Positions 56,876 through 64,000 of a stretch of DNA of 64,000 nt are shown piece after piece (position 1 is the first letter of the stretch; the number at the start of each line of letters is the position of its first letter). Source of the DNA: Eledone cirrhosa (taxonomy: Eukaryota). The notes beneath the pieces were generated by a model, which saw nothing but the letters and a program-made list of their open reading frames with translations, ran no database searches and had not been told where the DNA came from. Made by a program: the position numbers and the translations under genes. The stretch covers positions 48,918,001 through 48,982,000 of the forward strand of contig OZ024749.1 in assembly GCA_964016885.1 (NCBI GenBank), written 5' to 3'.

Positions 56876-57130
56876 CTGTTATTTTTTTTATATTTGAATC
56901 ATGTTCCCAACAATTATTACAGTCATAGTAAAACACATTATCATTAAATCCATACATTTTGTAAATCCTGGAGCGATGTGGATCGATATCATTTTCCTGA
57001 ATAGATTTATTTATTTATTGATCCTTCATACCTCTCCTTTCGTATTCTTTCGTATCAGGTTTTAGTTGATAATATAAAACACAAGGAGCTGGAAACCTTT
57101 ACACGTATTGCGGTACCAGAGTAATCCTTG
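56770..57130 (-). pseudogene. Possible decayed C-type-lectin-domain exons
   Basis: Traces LWYRNTCKGF, KT*YE (cf. KTW.EA) and CDSKYGFICQ (cf. C.....FIC). AG/GT boundaries are present. Interrupted by (TA)n. Confidence 0.3.
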
Positions 57131-57381
57131 TAATTCTGGAATTTTGATATGATTCGAAATTTTTCTTTGTCAATTTTATAACACAACATACTCTTGTTAA
57201 TTTTATCTTAGAAAAAATATCATTCATTCTAAACATTTCTCTCTCTCTCTCTATCTCCTCTCTTTATCTCTATATCTATCTCTCTTTATCTCTATCTCTC
57301 TCTCTCCCACTTTCTATATATATATATCTGTCGTTTTTATATCATGTGTCCAAATATGTATTTATACGCAGGCATACATCA

Positions 57382-57428
<47 letters not shown>

Positions 57429-57435
57429 CCTTACG

Positions 57436-57502
<67 letters not shown>

Positions 57503-57529
57503 ACGTTATATATATATATATATATACGT

Positions 57530-57573
<44 letters not shown>

Positions 57574-57601
57574 CATATAGATATATACATATATATATAA
57601 C

Positions 57602-57638
<37 letters not shown>

Positions 57639-57704
57639 TACATATAGATATATACATATATATATAACGTATATATACGTAAGGAACACTCTTTAGTTTG
57701 TTAT

Positions 57705-57744
57705 GCCCTTGAGAAGCCCTTCCGGGCGAAACGTACGTAGGTGC
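57705..57744 (+). ncRNA. Minimal type I HHR with U3:A8 core
   Basis: GCCC-TTGAGAA-GCCC TTCC GGGC-GAAA; stem III palindrome ACGTACGT; triplet GUA; GG(T)GC. AATAAA at ~57752, and the element ends in (TA)n. Confidence 0.8.
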
Positions 57745-57798
57745 TGTTTTAAATAAAAATGTTTTAACGGTTTGTTCTCCTTTATATACTTCTCCACT

Positions 57799-57937
<139 letters not shown>

Positions 57938-58129
57938 GTATATATACATATGAACAGGTGATTTTGTGAAATGCGGCGATTACTCTATATTCCATGTACA
58001 TATCCGATGAATAGTACATAGGTGATTGTAAATCGGGATAATTTTCTCGTATCTAGAGTATTATGAACGTGCTCAGTAATAATAATCAACGCATTTCACC
58101 TCATCCAATAGATAATCAGTCCATAATTA

Positions 58130-59600
58130 AATTTCTTACAGCCATGATTGAAACGCAAGTGTATCAAATTGCAGTTTCACTGCATTTCTAATTGTTTTAT
58201 TTTTAGTAGCTTTCGTATGGTGAACATCATTGGAAGTTAACGAGGCAAGAAATGCAATTAATGTTTGCATATTATTTTTCATTTGTTGCGTAAACTCTGG
58301 ATGATTTTTAAACCTCACGAACATAAATCATTTTAGATAATTTACATGGTTGCTGCATTTCATGAGATTTTAATACGGCCATTAAGTTTTTTCGCAGCGA
58401 GAGTGTGTGTGACTTTTAATTAAATGAGCACGGAAAACGTTAAAAAAGTAACTTAAAACAGGCAATAACAAAAACACGGAAACACCAAGAATAATCTGTG
58501 TATTCATGAAGCCATATTAATTCCCATTAACGTGTTAATACTTTTAAAGTTTAAAATCAATGTAAGAGAATAATTTGCCACATTAATAATAGCTCCTATA
58601 TGCTGTTTCTATCCAATCTACAAAAACAAAATTTAAATACAGAAAAGTAATTATTTTGAAATTAACTAAATAGTAATTTATTGTGAAATATATGGGAGAG
58701 ATATTTTTTAAGCCTTCCTATTTCTATACATATTACAACACAAACTAACGTTCATAATTCGAAAATGAATCATAACTAATAGGTATAAACTTTTAAAAGC
58801 CAGAGAGATGAATGTTATGTGAGATAGAACACTTTTGAAGAAATAGAGAATGAAGCTTGTTTGAAACCTTAAAAGAGCTTGATTAATATGGATGAAAAGA
58901 CTATATAATGAGTAAAAAACATTATAATGTGACATTCAATATGCTTCTCTTTGAAATAGTGCTCATTTAGCTTTAGTGCATTGTATCAAATTAAATAACT
59001 ATATCAAAATGTTTTTATTTCGTTTTTACATTTTAAAATGAATAAATAAGAACATATTTAATTTCAAATAGGAAAAAAATAATGAAACGTGTGCAAAGAT
59101 ACATTAATAATTATGCTTAAAAATTTTAATTGAAATAGTCGATGGTGCTTACATTAAAGTTACCAAACAAAAAAACCCAGAAACCAATTCACTTGAACTA
59201 TTGTCTTAAGTGCAAAACGAAACATAATGTTGCATGTTTTGGTGATACGAAATTGTGGTATTTGTTAATGAGTGTCCAAACCAATTTTATTCAAACTAAA
59301 ATGAAAATATAGTCAGATACAATTTATCTATTACATTATATTGTATTTTGTGCAACTGAAGATATTGATGAAGTTTATGGTGTTTTATTTTGCGGTTGCT
59401 GCTTTTGTTTTTGTCTTGCTGTTGTTACTACTATGCCAAAAGAGGTTAAGCAGTTATATGATCAATACATATCCATGCGTGATGATAATGACTTATTTCT
59501 CCGGGCAAAGCCAACCAATATCACATCGTGCAATGTGTACTTTTCTTCTTTTGCAGCTGCTTCTAGTGTGTTCAATAACAACAGAAATGATGCCATGTTA
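58130..59600 (-). pseudogene. Possible hAT (Buster/Charlie-like) transposase remnant
   Basis: HPEF...TLIAFLAS...TKNKTIRNAV resembles the hAT dimerisation region. Weaker traces upstream. Confidence 0.3.
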
Positions 59601-60302
59601 GTTCATAAATTGTCATTGGTAAGCCCCAATTCAACCCTGATTTTCTAACAGATCATGAATAAAGCCATTCAAACATAACCATTGTGGTAGTGTTTTGTTA
59701 AGTAGGATTCTATCATCTGACATGCTTCGCTCATGCATTTTGCAGCAAAGATAGGTGCTAATTTTAACATCTATTTGGCGAGGAAAGTTTCGACTCTAGA
59801 TCAATATGTTCAGGGTGCATATACCATTTCCAAACACGAAGCTACATTCACCGAATTATAGTGGGAAAAATGACTGCAGCTTTAACCACTTATTTTACGA
59901 TAAAATCTAAACTAGTTCAAATACTTACTCGTAATAGAAACACACAACCTCTTGTTAATACAGACTTATATAATCAATTACGGGTAAATCAGAGAAAACT
60001 GAAATTAGAGTGACATTTTAATCCTATGCATGTATACGAATACATGTATTTCAGCCAATGGAAAAAAACAATCGTGGAGGTTAATACATTATAGTATTTA
60101 AGGTACAATAGATTTGATATTTCCTCTATATGTATCCACTCACATGCTCTCTCTCGCTCTCACTCTCTCTCTATATATATATCTCTCTCTCTCTTTCCCT
60201 CTCTCTATCTCTCTCTACCTATCTATTTTTCCCCCTCTCTATCTCTCTCTGTATCTCTCTCTCTATATATATCTCTCTTCCTCTGTCTCTCCCTCTTTTT
60301 CC

Positions 60303-60334
<32 letters not shown>

Positions 60335-61220
60335 CACGTACACACACAGCAGATATACATATGTTATACATTATACATATTCCGAAATATGCTGACTGAT
60401 GTTGCACAATAAAGTGTAAATTAATTCTCTTTATACTTGGAAGCCTAACATGGAAGTAATCTGAAATGTATAGAAAGAGTTCAACCTTCACCGAATATTT
60501 ATTTTAAGAACGTTCGAAACTAGGCAATGGTCAAAGAAATTCAATATATGTCACCAACTACACCATGGAAACCTTAGATTATATATTTCACTTTGACAGC
60601 AAAGTCATGCGTTTGCATATATATATATAAAATATATAAAAATAAGTTTATGAAATTCTTTATTTTTCATTTTATCGACAGGAAGTAGTTTATAGATCAC
60701 TTTAAGACTCGACAAATCCAAGTCACCGTAAGATTAAATGTTTTCTCTCAAATATACGGAAAATATTATAATATTACATAGTGTATTTCTATGAGAAATA
60801 CACATGATCTTTCATAAGACATTTTTTTTCGCTTTTACTATCGTTTTTTAAACTCTTTTTTTCATAAAGAGCGATTTATATGTGAAAGCCTAAATATCCA
60901 ATATCCCTTGAATTTGTAATATTCAGGATATGTTTAATGCACTTTCCAAATGAAAAGCAACTTATTACAATCACGTATAACTTATACAGCAATAACACCC
61001 TCACACACACAAACACACTCACACGCACACATATACACATAAAAACACGTAGACATATACATTCACGGAAATGAAATGTATTCTCTCTCTCTCTATAAAA
61101 AAAAATATATATATATATGTTATATCACACAGGCGCGTGCATGTTCACAAACACACACACAAACGCACGCACACATACATACATACACACACACGCACGC
61201 ATACACGCACACACACACGC

Positions 61221-61263
<43 letters not shown>

Positions 61264-61749
61264 CCTGTTTTTATGTGTGCTTTTGTGCGAGTGTAAGTGT
61301 GAACATTTATGTTTATTACATTCCATTCGTGTGGTCTACAAAGGCAGTGATGGATCTTGAAAACGTAATGAGTTTCAAAACCATCCTTCAAGGGTGATAC
61401 GTGGTACATCTTAAGAGAGCATCACCATCGAATAAATATATCACAGAAATTTATCGACTGCGAATTATTAACTGAACTACAAAAAAAAAGTATTGCCTCG
61501 AAGAAAAAGTATATTGCTTTCGCTAGTGTCTTTTCAATGCATGAAGGGAAACTTCCAAAAAATATAGATGAATATACGCACAAAACTATATTATTAAGAA
61601 TACTAGTAGTAAATATGATAAAAAAAAGAAGTGGAAATGAAGGAGAAAGATTTGCATAAGAAAACAAAATTGAAGCTCATAAATGAATGAAAACTTATAC
61701 AAAAATACATACACATACATATAATCATACACTCAATATATGTATATAT

Positions 61750-61855
<106 letters not shown>

Positions 61856-62079
61856 GTATTACTGGTTATGTGTGTGTGCAGGCGTGTATGCATTTGTGTG
61901 CTTGCGTACATAATAATATTCGATAAGCACCAATATAATCCTACGTTTAAGCATTAAAGGAAATGATATTGTCTTTTCATATCGAGAATTTGGAAGTCAC
62001 AACTATTGTAGCCTCGATTCTACTTATTATTATATAATATGAAGTGAAGAATTATACATACACGCACACACACACTCAC

Positions 62080-62135
<56 letters not shown>

Positions 62136-64000
62136 CTCTGCATGTATATATGTATGCGAAAATATAGGAAAAACAACAAAAGCAAATGGTACGGTCACAA
62201 AGTAGTTATATATTAGCTGAACGTTTCATAGATTAGGAATATGTTTTAGAGTTTTCGACGTTAGTCCTTCATTGGAAGATAACAGACATTCTTCTTAAAT
62301 AATTATAAGTCATGTTGCTTTAAAAGCAACCAATCATCCCCAAAAAGGATCGACACATTTGAAAATAACAGTCTATGTATACCAATGTATACACTGTTAA
62401 CATCACACAATTTTGTCATAACTATGTAACGATCTGTGGGCTCATCTTCCGAACGTATTTAGTAAACGGAAACAGTATCAGGAAATATGAATATATCAAG
62501 ACACAAGACTAAATATATAGGCATCGTCCATTGGGGTTTGTTAACAAATTATACAGAATGCCAAGATGTCAGACACTAATTTCAAAATACAGACAGAAAA
62601 CATATATAATCTTCATTAATTAACAATTTTATCAGAAAATACAATTTCATTAAAGACAACAAATCACTCAAAAAGATTTCTCACAAGAAATTTAAATTAC
62701 AAAAATTTGGGAACTGATTCAAAGATAATAACTGTGAACCTCGAAGTCACATGAATAATGCCATAGACAACACATGTTAAATTAAATATATGTGAATATC
62801 AAAAGCCACAGTGTCTAGAAGGCTAACTATATTAAAATAATCACTATTTTACGGAGAATATCTCTTAGGAAAGCGAACTAAATTCATCCTCCGATTCAAT
62901 TATTCAAAACTGCGTAGAAAACACAACGTTTCGAACAATAGAATTTTTTTTAAAATCAGGTTGTGCTATGACATTCTATACGATACATATGCAACTTCCA
63001 TTATATCAGATTTCCTATTTCTGTATACTTCTTATATATACGAATAATACATTATATATACGCTATCTCTCTATTTCTGTAAGTAAATGCAAATAGGGCC
63101 AGCTAATAAACTACTATTTCCTACTGCTTCAGAACAATGGATTTTATCATTTTTGTTTATTATCTCAGGATCAGATATTATATTATTAGTCAGATGGGAA
63201 CATTTTCCTAGTCTCCGTATAATATATCCTCTCATCGGGATGGCTCTAATGCTCTAAAGAAGCGAATTCATCTAAATCTACATCATAGTGTTGTTAAGCC
63301 GTGTAACGTGTTAAGCCTACTGAAAATCATCGTCAATTCGAGGTCGAATATCCAGGTTTCAGTCAATTTTAGTTCATCTAAGTCTGCAATATTTCATCTA
63401 AGTCTGTATTACATTCTATCTTGGCCGCTATAGTGATATGATTCGATGGGTATTTAGATTATATAACTAGCAGGTATAGCGATAAACCGTATTTCCCTAC
63501 GTTGACTGAAAATATCTAAGCAGATAAAAAAAATATTCGAAAAAAATGTACTGTAAATCAAAAGTTAATTTGAAGAAAATACTAAGGCAAATTATTAGAT
63601 AAATCAGTTAATATACTCAAATAACTACATCAAACATCATGTGAAGAAATAAAAAAAATCGTATCAATATTACCATCTTATTTCCACGATATTACTCTTT
63701 TAGAATGTTTCATATATTTCAATACTTTTTGAGCACGAGTATTGGAAATATATTCCATATCTAAAGTCAATATCACTAGTTATGTAATCATAAAACACTT
63801 ACACAAATTCAACGCCCATATTATATTACATTCGGTTTAATTTTATTATTCGAAAATCTTGAACTCGATCAATAATTTTATTTTCCATGAATGTGTGATA
63901 TAAGTAGGTGCGAATTTCCAATTATCCGAAAGCTCTTCAGAATAACATTTCTACACAAGCCATGTACACATTCATTGAGTTTGAAGCTGTATAAATTATT

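Overview
AT-rich, microsatellite-dense eukaryotic DNA. The tRNA-SINEs and (TA)n density suggest a cephalopod/octopus genome (inference). The only intact long gene is a 1216-aa ORF (18409-22059, -) of an R4/Dong-clade non-LTR retrotransposon (RT + CCHC + restriction-like endonuclease) sitting in (TAA)n arrays. It is accompanied by two 5'-truncated sibling copies, a micro-copy of a second subfamily and two ancient remnants. Most other ORFs in the track are microsatellite artefacts. Many (TA)n arrays bracket short, mutually unrelated elements carrying type I hammerhead ribozyme (HHR) folds. About 10 families occur: several have palindromic stem III and four have the compensatory U3:A8 core. They are often arranged as outward-facing inverted duplications or as a partial tandem, and Penelope-like (PLE) coding remnants lie in the same window. 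This points to a (TA)n-associated ribozyme-bearing PLE/retrozyme-like population living alongside the (TAA)n-specific Dong family. Also present are SINEs, RTE remnants, a probable hAT remnant and possible decayed C-type-lectin exons on the minus strand. All folds and homologies were read by eye and need computational confirmation.
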